Numbered from the stretch's first letter, positions 25,486 to 34,775 are shown. The stretch: 47,804 nucleotides of DNA from Candidatus Limnocylindrus sp. (GCA_044343985.1 JBIJDR010000002.1:1-47804); one strand, 5' to 3'. The notes: a model not told the origin generated them from the sequence alone. Program-made: numbers and translations.

Positions 25486-26355
25486 ATGGAGAACCTTTTC
25501 GGATGGGGGGTCGGCGGCTTTCTTACTGGACTCCGTGAGGGCGTCGAGGCGGCGCTCATCGTTGGAATCATCGCCGGATATCTCGTCAAGATTGGTCGTT
25601 CAGATCGCCTCGGCGTCATCTGGGCTGGCGTCGTGGCCGCGGTTGCCGCCTCAGCGGCGATCGGTGTTGCGGCATTTGTCATCCTTGGCGGGCTTGAGGG
25701 AGACACCGAGAAGCTCATTGAAGGGTTCACCTCGCTCCTTGCGGTCGTCATTCTTACCTACATGATCTTCTGGATGCGCAAGCAGGCGGTAACCCTCGGA
25801 GCAGAGCTCCGCAAGGGGGTTGATCGCGCGATCGCCTCCGCCTCAATCTTCGGACTCGCAGCCCTTGCGTTTACCGCGGTCATCCGTGAAGGCATTGAGA
25901 CGGCACTCTTCCTTCTCGGACAGACGACCGCCGCAAGCGAAGCTGGAGCCGGCTCATGGGTCGCCGCTGGTGCCCTTATTGGACTCGCGGTTGCGACCCT
26001 GATTGGATTTGCAATCTTCCGCCTTGGCGTGCGACTAAACCTCGGTGCGTTCTTTAACGTCACGGGCGCCGCGCTGGTGGTGATCGCAGCTGGCCTTCTC
26101 TCTTACGGAGCACATGAGCTGATTGAGGTTGGACTTCTTCCAGCGATCGTTGCGCCGGTGTACGACCTCTCTGGGGTTCTCCCTCACACAGAGGGGATCG
26201 GACAGTTCCTCCGCGCAATTGTTGGATACAGCGCAACTCCAGAGTTGAGCGCACTCCTCTTGCAGGTGGGATACCTAGCGTTTGGACTCTTCTTCTACAT
26301 CCTGCCAGTGCGCCACGCATCGGCAGCTCGCGCAGCGAGTAGCGCCACCTCCTAA
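25486..26355 (+). CDS. FTR1/EfeU-family high-affinity iron permease
   Basis: 7-TM protein with two REXXE motifs (LREGVEAAL and IREGIETAL). GGAGGG lies 10 nt upstream of the ATG. Confidence 0.85.
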   Translation: MENLFGWGVGGFLTGLREGVEAALIVGIIAGYLVKIGRSDRLGVIWAGVVAAVAASAAIGVAAFVILGGLEGDTEKLIEGFTSLLAVVILTYMIFWMRKQAVTLGAELRKGVDRAIASASIFGLAALAFTAVIREGIETALFLLGQTTAASEAGAGSWVAAGALIGLAVATLIGFAIFRLGVRLNLGAFFNVTGAALVVIAAGLLSYGAHELIEVGLLPAIVAPVYDLSGVLPHTEGIGQFLRAIVGYSATPELSALLLQVGYLAFGLFFYILPVRHASAARAASSATS

Positions 26356-26358
26356 CTT

Positions 26359-27111
26359 GTGGCACGTGCGCTCGAACTTCGCCACGTCACACACTCGTTC
26401 GATGGCCGAAGGGTTCTTCACGGCGCATCGCTAAGCTTGGAGGCAGGGGAGTGCGTTGCACTCCTCGGTGCTAACGGAAGCGGCAAGACCACGCTCCTCC
26501 GCCTCGCCGCTGGCCTGCTGCAGCCTGACGCGGGTGAGATTCTAGTTTCGGGAACGCCTGCCCTGGCGGGACGATCGGATGTTGGAATCGCCTTTCAAGA
26601 CTCCCGCCTTCTGAGTTGGTGCAGTGCGGCGAGGAATGTCGCTCTTCCACTTGAGTTGGCGCACGGTGTGACCGCTGAGGTGCGTGCATCCGCATCGGCT
26701 GCGCTCACGCGTGTCAACGGACTTGCCCTTGCGGATCGTGCACCAACTCAACTCTCTGGCGGTGAGAGACAGCGCGTGGCGCTTGCACGTGCGCTAGTTC
26801 GCGAGCCGGCGCTACTCCTCCTTGACGAGCCGTTTGCCGCGCTTGATGCGCCGACGCGAAACCAGTTCAGCGAAGAGCTCCCCGAACTTATTGGTGGTGC
26901 CGCCACGCTCCTTGTGACCCACGATGTGGCTGAAGCACTCTTAGTCGCTGATCGAGTGCTTCTCCTAAACGCCGGGGGAGAGATTGGCGGTGAGTGGAAG
27001 GGACTCCGGTCTCTCCCGGCGAGCCAGCGCCGAAGCGCGCTCCTTGCGCAGGGTGGCCTTTTGCAGCAGGCGGAGCTTCTCGCCGCACTCAGTGGAGTGG
27101 CCCGTGCGTAG
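26359..27111 (+). CDS. ABC transporter ATP-binding protein (NitT/TauT-type)
   Basis: Walker A GANGSGKTT, signature LSGGERQRV, Walker B LLLDEP. GTG start 3 nt after the FTR1 stop. Confidence 0.9.
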   Translation: MARALELRHVTHSFDGRRVLHGASLSLEAGECVALLGANGSGKTTLLRLAAGLLQPDAGEILVSGTPALAGRSDVGIAFQDSRLLSWCSAARNVALPLELAHGVTAEVRASASAALTRVNGLALADRAPTQLSGGERQRVALARALVREPALLLLDEPFAALDAPTRNQFSEELPELIGGAATLLVTHDVAEALLVADRVLLLNAGGEIGGEWKGLRSLPASQRRSALLAQGGLLQQAELLAALSGVARA

Positions 27112-27856
27112 CCTCCACCGCGTTCAGCCAGCGCTCATCGGACTTCTTCTACTTGGCGCATGGGAGGTTGGCGTACGCGTGAGCGGTGTTGCCACATTTA
27201 TCCTGCCGCCCCCCTCACTCGTGGCGGCACGATTTGCCCAGGCGTGGGGCGACGGGACGATGATGCGCCACCTTCTCCCAACGGTGATAGAGATGACGAC
27301 AGGCGGGCTGCTCGGCGGGTCACTCGGGCTACTGATTGGGATCGGTCTCGGCCTTTCTGGTTCGGCTCGACGACTCGCAAGTCCGTATCTTGTTGCTGCA
27401 CAGTCAACGCCAATTCTGGCGCTTGGCCCACTCCTCGTTCTTTGGTTCGGACCTGGCGCTACGGCAAAGATCGCGATCTGCGCGCTCATCACCCTCTTCC
27501 CTATGGCGATCGCAACCCTAGTTGCGGTTCGAGACGCAGATCGAGGCCTCCTTGAGCTTGGCCGCTCAATCGGCGCTTCACGCATCCAGTCACTCCTGTT
27601 GATCAGACTTCCGAGTGCCCGTGGCGGCATCTTCGCTGGCGCACGAGTGGCCGCAACGCTTGCCGTTGTTGGCGTGATTGTGGGGGAGTGGCTCGGCGGG
27701 AGCGCGGGGCTCGGCATCCTGCTCAATCTCGCGCGCGGATCTCTCTTTGACACACCACTCCTTTTCGCCGCACTCCTGCAGATCGCGATCCTTGGTGTGA
27801 GCGCGTACGGGCTTGTACTTTTTGTAGAACGGCTAACATTGAGGCTGACGCGGTAA
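27104..27856 (+). CDS. ABC transporter permease (NitT/TauT-type)
   Basis: 6-TM BPD-type permease. In-frame GTG 27104 has GGAG 6 nt upstream and overlaps the ATPase stop by 8 nt (GTG 27092 is an alternative). The longer ORF from 26984 is rejected. Confidence 0.85.
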   Translation: MRSLHRVQPALIGLLLLGAWEVGVRVSGVATFILPPPSLVAARFAQAWGDGTMMRHLLPTVIEMTTGGLLGGSLGLLIGIGLGLSGSARRLASPYLVAAQSTPILALGPLLVLWFGPGATAKIAICALITLFPMAIATLVAVRDADRGLLELGRSIGASRIQSLLLIRLPSARGGIFAGARVAATLAVVGVIVGEWLGGSAGLGILLNLARGSLFDTPLLFAALLQIAILGVSAYGLVLFVERLTLRLTR

Positions 27857-27893
27857 TACTCGTAACCGCGCGCTGTACGAAGGAGAGAACCTG

Positions 27894-28937
27894 ATGTTGC
27901 CTCGTAAAAATCTCCGCAGCTTCCGCGCAGGCGCACTTCTTCTCGTTGCCGCCACGCTCCTCTCTGCGTGTGGTGGTTCAGCCTCTTCTTCGGCAACACC
28001 AACGCAAGGAGCGGAGCGGACAGCGCTCAGCGTTGGACTCGGCTACATCCCAGGCGTGCAGTTCTCGCCTTTCTATTTGGCGCAGCAGAGCGGCGCATAT
28101 GAAGCGGCTGGACTCGATGTGACGCTGCAGAACCAGATCGATCCAGATCTGATTAGCCTGGTAGGGAGTGGCGGGATTGACCTTGCCCTCGCCGACGGGA
28201 CGAGCGTGATCCCTGCCGTCTCACAGGGGATCCCTGTGCGCTACATCACCACCATCTACGGCATCCTGCCGAACGTCGTGATCGCGCGCGCGGATGCGGG
28301 GATTACGAGTGCGAGCGACCTTGCTGGCAAGAAGGTTGCAACGCCGGGCCAGTATGGATCTGGCTACCTGACGCTGCTCGGCATCCTTGGTGGTGCTGGC
28401 CTCGGAATTGGCGACATCCAGCTTGACCTCTACCCAGATTTTGGACAGACGCAGGCGTTGATCAGCGGTGTCGCTGACGCGGCGACCGGCTTCGCCAACA
28501 ACGATCTTGTGCAGGCTGAGGCGGCGGGGCTGGAGCTCAGCGTCTTCTACGCCTCCGCCTCCGCTCCGTTTGCTGGCCCAGGGCTCATTAGTTCGCCAGC
28601 AACGATCAGCGCAAAGGGCGAGGCGATTCGCGCCTTTATTCGTGTGACGCTCGATGCAATGGAGCAGATCGCCGCTAATCCTCAGCTTGGGGTTGACGCT
28701 GCAGGCCAAGTTGTCCCAGAGCTGATCGCAGATGCTGCGGCGAGTGCTCGTGCCCTTGCAGTGATGGAGGCCACCATTAAGATCTGGCGCGGGCCGGTTC
28801 AGGTTGCAAACGGTCTCGGCGCAATCGATCGCGACGGGTGGGGCACCTCAATGAAGTTCCTGCAGGCGCTACCAGACCAGAACGTCCGCGCCGATCTCAC
28901 CGTTGATGAACTGATTGACGAGTCGCTCCTCCCATAG
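27894..28937 (+). CDS. ABC substrate-binding lipoprotein, NMT1/THI5-like family
   Basis: Lipobox LLSAC-GG, then LSVGLGYIPGVQFSPFYLAQQSG..., typical of NMT1/ThiY-type binding proteins. AGGAGAG RBS. Confidence 0.85.
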   Translation: MLPRKNLRSFRAGALLLVAATLLSACGGSASSSATPTQGAERTALSVGLGYIPGVQFSPFYLAQQSGAYEAAGLDVTLQNQIDPDLISLVGSGGIDLALADGTSVIPAVSQGIPVRYITTIYGILPNVVIARADAGITSASDLAGKKVATPGQYGSGYLTLLGILGGAGLGIGDIQLDLYPDFGQTQALISGVADAATGFANNDLVQAEAAGLELSVFYASASAPFAGPGLISSPATISAKGEAIRAFIRVTLDAMEQIAANPQLGVDAAGQVVPELIADAAASARALAVMEATIKIWRGPVQVANGLGAIDRDGWGTSMKFLQALPDQNVRADLTVDELIDESLLP

Positions 28938-28956
28938 GAGGGCGTCGGGAGCAGCT

Positions 28957-29730
28957 CTAGATCAGCGGCCAGGGGAGCGGCGGCCAGTCGGGCGAAGGCT
29001 CGGGGAAGGTGCCGCGCTCCAGTAGCTCTTCAGTACGCGCGCGGAGTGCATCACGCTCTTCGGCGCTGATCAGTGCTGCGAGCCGTTCGTTGAGTCCGCC
29101 AGGCTCGTTGCTGCCAAGCGCCGTGGTGCCAGCACGCAGCGCGCTGAGCTCTGACTCGTTGAGCCGCTCACTGCGCCACTCCCAGAGCACGGTGCGAAGC
29201 TTCGGTTCGGTTGAGAAGGTCACGCCATGGTCAACGCCGAGGTATTGAGTTGCGCTGATCGGGAGGAGGTGCCCCGCCTTGCGGTCACCGTTGTTCACGA
29301 TCGCGTCAAAGAGTGCGATCGGACGGAGTGATGCATCTGCGGCGTTCACCGCCGCAATCGCAACCTCCACGCCAAGGTGCTCAATCCAGAGCTGGACCGC
29401 ACCCTCGCCAGCCGGCCCATCGCGAAGGATCGTTGGCGGGACAACGTGCAGGCCGAGTGCCTCACTCACCTCAAATGCGGCAACCTCGCGTCCAGCAAGC
29501 GTCCCTTCTGGGAAGTCCCAGAGTGGTCGCTCGCCGCGGATCGGCTTGTAGATCACCTGCAGCGCAGGCTCAACACCTTCGAGTTCGCAGAGGAAGGTGG
29601 CGTTGCTGGCGTCGGTGAGCCGGCCGATCGGGTGAAGGCTACTGGCACTCCGCATCGCGGCGAGCGCATCGTTCGTACTGATTGCGCCGCCTGGGATCGG
29701 CAGCTGCTCCACCGCGTTCGAGGAGGCCAC
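28957..29730 (-). CDS. SCO1664-family protein (PI3/4-kinase-like fold, conserved actinobacterial trio member)
   Basis: GRLTDASNATFLCEL...VIYKPIRGERPLWDFPEGTLAGREVAAFEVSEALG...NNGDRKAGHLL resembles the SCO1664/Rv2133c family as I recall it. Confidence 0.7.
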   Translation of the reverse strand: MASSNAVEQLPIPGGAISTNDALAAMRSASSLHPIGRLTDASNATFLCELEGVEPALQVIYKPIRGERPLWDFPEGTLAGREVAAFEVSEALGLHVVPPTILRDGPAGEGAVQLWIEHLGVEVAIAAVNAADASLRPIALFDAIVNNGDRKAGHLLPISATQYLGVDHGVTFSTEPKLRTVLWEWRSERLNESELSALRAGTTALGSNEPGGLNERLAALISAEERDALRARTEELLERGTFPEPSPDWPPLPWPLI

Positions 29731-29738
29731 GGAGTGCG

Positions 29739-30302
29739 CTAGTTCAGGTAGGCGGCCTTGCGAGCACAGCGATGCCCGGTGGCCTCAAGTGGGACGCCAC
29801 AGTTTGGGCAGGGTGGGCGACCAGCAGCGGCGAGTTGCAGCGATTGTTCAGCAAAGGCGAGGGCTGCGGCAACAGTGAGTGAGACGCGCAGAACGTCTGG
29901 GCCGTCTGGCGCATCGTTGATTGGCGGCGGCGCGTCTGACGCCTCCTCCTCACTCATGTCGTCACGGAACTCAAGGATCAGACGGCTCACGGATGGATCC
30001 CAGGCGAGGGCGATCGTGCCAACGCGGAAGGCGGGATCAACGGGCTCGCTCAGACGTGGCTGGGTGAGTGAGAGTGGCGAGTCAGCCGCGGGGATCTTCA
30101 GTGCCGAAGAGCCCTCGCCAAGGTCTTTCAGCATCTCGGCGATTCGTCGAGCAAGGATCGCCACCTGTGTCTTCTCAACCACCACGGTGGTAGCTCTTCC
30201 GCCACCGATCGCCTGCAGATGAAAGACGCGCTTCCCGGGTTCGCCAAGCGTGCCTGCAATGAAACGATCTGGCGGATCAAAGGTGAGAATCTTGCGCGCC
30301 AT
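29739..30302 (-). CDS. DUF3090 family protein (trio member) with C-terminal CxxC...HxC ribbon
   Basis: FDPPDRFIAGTLGEPGKRVFHLQA... N-terminus and PPCPNCGVPLEATGHRCAR C-terminus. Sits 8 nt upstream of the SCO1664-like gene. Confidence 0.7.
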   Translation of the reverse strand: MARKILTFDPPDRFIAGTLGEPGKRVFHLQAIGGGRATTVVVEKTQVAILARRIAEMLKDLGEGSSALKIPAADSPLSLTQPRLSEPVDPAFRVGTIALAWDPSVSRLILEFRDDMSEEEASDAPPPINDAPDGPDVLRVSLTVAAALAFAEQSLQLAAAGRPPCPNCGVPLEATGHRCARKAAYLN

Positions 30303-30985
30303 TAGTTGTCTCCGCGCAGTCGACCAAAGAGTGAGCGGCGCTTCTCCTTCGGAGCGAAGAGCGACTCAATGCCAGCGGCAGATTCATTGAGTCGAAGGAT
30401 TGTTGGGCGCTCAGAACCGAAACGGATCACGGTGATGCTGGCAGGATCAATGGCGATTCGCTGAAATAGATCGAGTGGTGCCCCTGTTGCCTCAGAGACG
30501 ATCGCCTTGATGATGTCACCGTGACTTGCGGCGAGCCAGATCTCATCGTCCTTGAAGCGGGCATCCCACGCACGGATCGCCTCAGTTGCACGCGTCGCCG
30601 CAGCGCGGAGAGACTCGCCGTCAGGGAATTGCATTGCGGAGGGTTGGCGCTGCACGGTGGACCAGAGCGGATCTTTCGCCAAGACCTTCAGCTCTTTACC
30701 AGTCCACTTTCCGTAGTCAACTTCGGTGATTCGCTCCTCAATCTCAACGGAGGGTCGTGCTGAGATGCTTGTGCCGCGCGTGGAGCGGATCGCCTCAACC
30801 GTCTCAAGGCAGCGCTGCATTGGAGAGCTAATGATTCCAGCGAGGGGAATGCTGGCAAGGCGCTCACCGAGCTCCTTCGCCTCGCGGACGCCCTGTTTGC
30901 TCAGCGGGATGCCCGCCTTTCTGCCGCTGAGGAGGCTCCCCGTCTCCGCGGTGCGTGCATGGCGGACAAGGATGAGTGTCGCCAC
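30302..30985 (-). CDS. histidine-phosphatase-superfamily putative phosphomutase (MSMEG_4193-like trio member)
   Basis: LILVRHARTAETG (RHG-type motif), SSPMQRCLETV, AASHGDIIKA. Its stop overlaps the DUF3090 ATG (TAATG). Confidence 0.75.
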   Translation of the reverse strand: MATLILVRHARTAETGSLLSGRKAGIPLSKQGVREAKELGERLASIPLAGIISSPMQRCLETVEAIRSTRGTSISARPSVEIEERITEVDYGKWTGKELKVLAKDPLWSTVQRQPSAMQFPDGESLRAAATRATEAIRAWDARFKDDEIWLAASHGDIIKAIVSEATGAPLDLFQRIAIDPASITVIRFGSERPTILRLNESAAGIESLFAPKEKRRSLFGRLRGDN

Positions 30986-30987
30986 GA

Positions 30988-32060
30988 TCAGGCGAGTGAA
31001 TCGAAGATGCGCAGATAACTTGCGTCGAGTGGGCGGTTCTTCCCGCCAACTTCGGCGAGTGGAACCTCAACGATCTCGCCAGCTCGAAGTGCAACCATCA
31101 CGCCCCAGCGTCCCGTCTCCAGCGCGTCAACGGCGGCAACGCCGTAGCGTGCGCCGAGTACGCGATCGGCTGCGGATGGGGGACCACCACGCTGCAGGTG
31201 GCCGAGCCTCGTGCAGCGCACCTCAAGGCCGGTCCGCTCCTCAAGGATCGCAGCGATCGCATCGCCAACAGCGATCTTGTCCAGACGTGGATGACCGAAC
31301 TCATCGCGCGGGACGTCACCGCTCAAGTTGAGCAGCGCCTCTGGGAGCTGCACCCCTTCGGAGACCACGATCACCGATGCGCCAGTGGCGTAGTTGCGGC
31401 GCCGCGTGACAAGTTCAACGAGCCGATCAATTTCGGCAGAGTCAACTGGCGACTCGGGGACGAGGATCGCATCGGCGCCGCCGGCGAGTCCGCCCCATGC
31501 GGCGACCCAGCCCGCATCTCGCCCCATCACCTCAACAACGGCGACACGGTGGTGCGATGAGGTGGTGGTCTGGATACGGTCGAGCGCCTCAGTGACGATG
31601 TTGGCGGCGGTGTCAAAGCCGAGGCAGCCCTCTGTCCCCCATACGTCGTCATCGTCTTCGGAATTGCTACCACCGCGGCGCCGCGCTTCGCAAGGCCCGC
31701 CGCAACGGAGAGGGTGTCGTCACCACCAATGACAACGAGCGCATCGAGTCCGAGGCTCTTGATTGACGCCTCTGCCGCATCAAGTCCGCCTTCGCGCTTC
31801 AGTAGATTGGTGCGGCTAGATCCGATGATCGTCCCGCCGCGTGTCTGGATGCCACGCACCTCATTGCGATCGAGTGGCCGTGTCAGCGTTGCCGCAGGAT
31901 TCGCGAGCCCAGCCCAGCCGTCCATGATCCCGACGACGCTATGTCCGCCAGACTCGGCGCGCCGCACAACTGCGCGGATCGCAGGGTTAAGTCCAGGGCA
32001 GTCACCGCCGCCAGTGAGAACGCCGATACGGAGCCGCTTGGAATCCATCGTCGGGCTCAT
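30988..32060 (-). pseudogene. pfkA: ATP-dependent 6-phosphofructokinase interrupted by a frameshift near 31651 (or an assembly indel)
   Basis: ORF 31527-32060 carries GVLTGGGDCPGLN, VVIGGDDTL and AIPKT, then goes out of frame. The other frame continues DDVWGTEGCLGFDTAANIVTEALDRIQTTTSSHHRVAVVEVMGRDAGWVA... to 30988. Confidence 0.8.
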
Positions 32061-33466
32061 CGCTGCGGCCCTGTCATCTTCGCCGGCTGTACCAGCCTGT
32101 CGTACTCCTCGGCACTCACGTAGCCGAGCTTCAGCGCTGTCTCGCGTAGCGTGGCGCCACTCGCGTGCGCGCTCTTCGCAATCTCCGCCGCCTTGTCGTA
32201 GCCGATCGCTGGCGTCAGCGCCGTCACCAACATGAGCGATGCGTTGAGTAGTTCGCCGATTCGTTCGCGGTTCGGCTCGGTCCCGTCAATGCAGTGCAGT
32301 GCGAAGGAGCGCGAGGCGTCGGCGAGGAGTCGGATCTGCAACAGGAGGTTGTGCGCGATCAGCGGCTTGTAGACGTTCAGCTGGAAGTTCCCCTGGCTCG
32401 CCGCAAAAGCGATCGCCGCATCAAGGCCGTAGACCTGGGCGCAGACCATGGTGAGCGCCTCGGCCTGGGTTGGGTTCACCTTCCCTGGCATGATCGAGGA
32501 TCCAGGCTCGTTCTCTGGAATGTTGAGTTCGCCGAGGCCGGCGCGCGGACCAGAGGCGAGCCATCGCACATCGTTGGCGAGCTTCGTCAGCGTTGCGGCG
32601 AGTGTCCGCAGCGTTGCGGAGAGCTGCAGCGTTGGCTCTTGGCCTGCGAGCGCGGCGAATTTATCCGCTGCACCAACAAATGGTTGCTTTGTGGCCGCGG
32701 CGATCTTCTTGATTGCGCTGGTAGAAAAGTCTGGGTGGCTATTCAGCCCAGTCCCTACGGCGGTCCCGCCGAGCGCGAGCGGATGCAGCCCAGCGGTGGC
32801 GGCGCTGATGCGTTCGAGGTTTGCAGCGAGTGCCGACGCGTGAGCGCCAAACTCTTGGCCGAGCGTGAGCGGCACCGCGTCTTGCAGATGCGTGCGACCG
32901 ATCTTGACGATGTTGGACCAGGCGGCAGCCTTTGACGCAACGGATGAGTGGAGCTGCTTCAGCGCAGGGAGCAGCTCTTCGCTGATCGCAAGTACTGCGG
33001 CGATATGGATTGCGGTGGGGAAGACATCGTTGGAGGATTGCGAGAGGTTGACATGGTCGTTCGGATGAATCGGGCTCTTCCCGCCGCGCGTACCCGTGGC
33101 CGCCTCATTCGCACGCGAAGCGATCACCTCGTTGACATTCATATTGCTCTGCGTTCCCGAGCCTGTCTGCCAGACGGAGAGTGGGAACTCGTTGGCGAGG
33201 TTCCCAGAGAGGATCTCGTCTGCCGCCTTGGTGATCAGCGCGGCACTCTCCTTCGGGAGGAGGCCGAGTTCGGCGTTCGTCTCTGCGGCGGCGCGCTTTA
33301 CCAGCGCGAGGGCGCTGATGATGCGGCGCGGCATCTCCTCTTCGCCGATGGCGAAGAACTGCAGCGACCGGGCTGTCTGCGCCCCCCAGTGGTGCTCGCC
33401 CGGCACGTCGATGGCGCCGAACGAGTCGCGCTCGCTGCGGATCCCTGCGCCCTTTGCGTCACTCAT
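32057..33466 (-). CDS. fumC: class II fumarate hydratase
   Basis: GSSIMPGKVNPTQAEAL signature. Start set at Met 33466 (MSDAKGAGIRSERDSFGAIDVP) with GGAGG 5 nt upstream. Stop overlaps the pfk ATG (ATGA). Confidence 0.93.
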   Translation of the reverse strand: MSDAKGAGIRSERDSFGAIDVPGEHHWGAQTARSLQFFAIGEEEMPRRIISALALVKRAAAETNAELGLLPKESAALITKAADEILSGNLANEFPLSVWQTGSGTQSNMNVNEVIASRANEAATGTRGGKSPIHPNDHVNLSQSSNDVFPTAIHIAAVLAISEELLPALKQLHSSVASKAAAWSNIVKIGRTHLQDAVPLTLGQEFGAHASALAANLERISAATAGLHPLALGGTAVGTGLNSHPDFSTSAIKKIAAATKQPFVGAADKFAALAGQEPTLQLSATLRTLAATLTKLANDVRWLASGPRAGLGELNIPENEPGSSIMPGKVNPTQAEALTMVCAQVYGLDAAIAFAASQGNFQLNVYKPLIAHNLLLQIRLLADASRSFALHCIDGTEPNRERIGELLNASLMLVTALTPAIGYDKAAEIAKSAHASGATLRETALKLGYVSAEEYDRLVQPAKMTGPQR

Positions 33467-33510
33467 TGCTGCCTCCGAATCTAGACGCTTGCGGTCTGCC
33501 CCCCTAAGTG

Positions 33511-33516
33511 TAGGAT
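33511..33516 (+). promoter_or_regulatory. -10 hexamer TAGGAT, 7 nt before hydrolase ATG
   Basis: TAGGAT-cctggcg-ATG. Confidence 0.5.
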
Positions 33517-33523
33517 CCTGGCG

Positions 33524-34348
33524 ATGGATGCGGTAAAGATCGAGCTTGACCCCTTCCGAGCCAGCGACGGCCTGCCGCTTTATCGCCGTGTCTACCGCCC
33601 AGTGGCTGCGCCGATTGGCGATCTCCTCCTCGGGCACGGCATTGGCGAGGACTCGTCGCGCTACATCCAGGCGGCACGTGCCTTCGCACAGGCTGGCTGG
33701 CGGACGGTCACCTGGGACCTCCGTGGGCACGGGCGCTCTGAGGGCCCGCGCGGCTATGTCTCTCGTTGGAGTCGATATCACGACGATCTCGCCGAGCAGG
33801 TTGATGCGCTGAAAAGCGAGGGTCGTCCACTTGTCGTTGTGGCTCACAGCATGGGCGGCCTGATCGCCTTCGGCGCCACCGCTGCAGGGCGTGCTACGCC
33901 GGACAAGCTAGTCCTCTCGGCCCCAGCTCTTGAGGCAGAGGTCGCCACTTGGAAACGTCTCGCCGCGCCGCTTCTCTCTCGCGTCGTGCCGATGTTGCGC
34001 ATTCCAACGGGGATTGGCGCCGACACGGATCCAGGAGAGCGACTGCCAAACGAAGATCCAGAGCCGCCACCTTACCTTCACGCCGTTACAACCCGACTCG
34101 GTGATGAAGCATTCCGCGCGCAACGCGCGGCGCGCGCGGTGGTTGCACGCGGCGGTGACTTCCCAGTTGAGACGCTAGTGATTCACGGGACGCGAGATCG
34201 CTTAGTGCGACCAGAGTGGTGCCAGCCGATCGGCACGCTCGGCAGGGTTCGCTATCAGCCACTTGAGGGGTTCAACCATCACCCGTTCGCAACGCTGCGC
34301 TATCAGGATGCGGTGGAGAAGATTCTGGAGTTTATCGGTAGAGCGTGA
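33524..34348 (+). CDS. alpha/beta hydrolase (monoacylglycerol lipase / lysophospholipase-like)
   Basis: HGIGEDSSRY, nucleophile elbow AHSMGG, C-terminal GFNHH. Confidence 0.8.
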   Translation: MDAVKIELDPFRASDGLPLYRRVYRPVAAPIGDLLLGHGIGEDSSRYIQAARAFAQAGWRTVTWDLRGHGRSEGPRGYVSRWSRYHDDLAEQVDALKSEGRPLVVVAHSMGGLIAFGATAAGRATPDKLVLSAPALEAEVATWKRLAAPLLSRVVPMLRIPTGIGADTDPGERLPNEDPEPPPYLHAVTTRLGDEAFRAQRAARAVVARGGDFPVETLVIHGTRDRLVRPEWCQPIGTLGRVRYQPLEGFNHHPFATLRYQDAVEKILEFIGRA

Positions 34349-34382
34349 GCGCGAAGGCGGCGTCTGCGACGTTGCCGCTGAG

Positions 34383-34769
34383 TTACGCCTTCTCGAGTGC
34401 CGCGCGCGCCTTCTCTGGATCGTCAACAACGAATGAGAAGGTGGCGCGATCGCCCCATCGTCCGGTGAAGAGGTGACCGTAGACATTCACCCCAGCGTTT
34501 GAGAGTCGCTCAAGGACGGAGAGCATCCCGCCCGGCTTGTCATCAACCTCTGCGAGGACGGAGTCGCCTTCAATGAATTCATATCCGCCCGCCTTCAGCA
34601 CCTCGCGCGTTGCGGCGTCATCTGCGGTCTTCAGGATGACGTGGCCGTGTTCTCCAACGCCGCCGCCGCCGATCGCCTTCAGGTCGACGGACTTCGCCTC
34701 AAGTTCGCGGCAGAGCGCGGCGAGGGAGCCTGGCTTATGCGCGAGCTGGATCACGAACTGTCTTGACAT
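34383..34769 (-). CDS. ACT-domain pair protein
   Basis: 128 aa with two ~60 aa beta-alpha-beta-beta-alpha-beta units (IQLAHKPGSLAALCREL..., AEVDDKPGGMLSVLERL...). Confidence 0.7.
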   Translation of the reverse strand: MSRQFVIQLAHKPGSLAALCRELEAKSVDLKAIGGGGVGEHGHVILKTADDAATREVLKAGGYEFIEGDSVLAEVDDKPGGMLSVLERLSNAGVNVYGHLFTGRWGDRATFSFVVDDPEKARAALEKA

Positions 34770-34775
34770 GAGTGG

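Noticed and set aside
33467-33847. A 127-aa N-terminal extension of the fumC ORF.
   Set aside because: The conserved FumC N-terminus begins at Met 33466, with GGAGG 5 nt upstream. The extension has no similarity to fumarases and overlaps the divergent hydrolase gene and its TAGGAT box.
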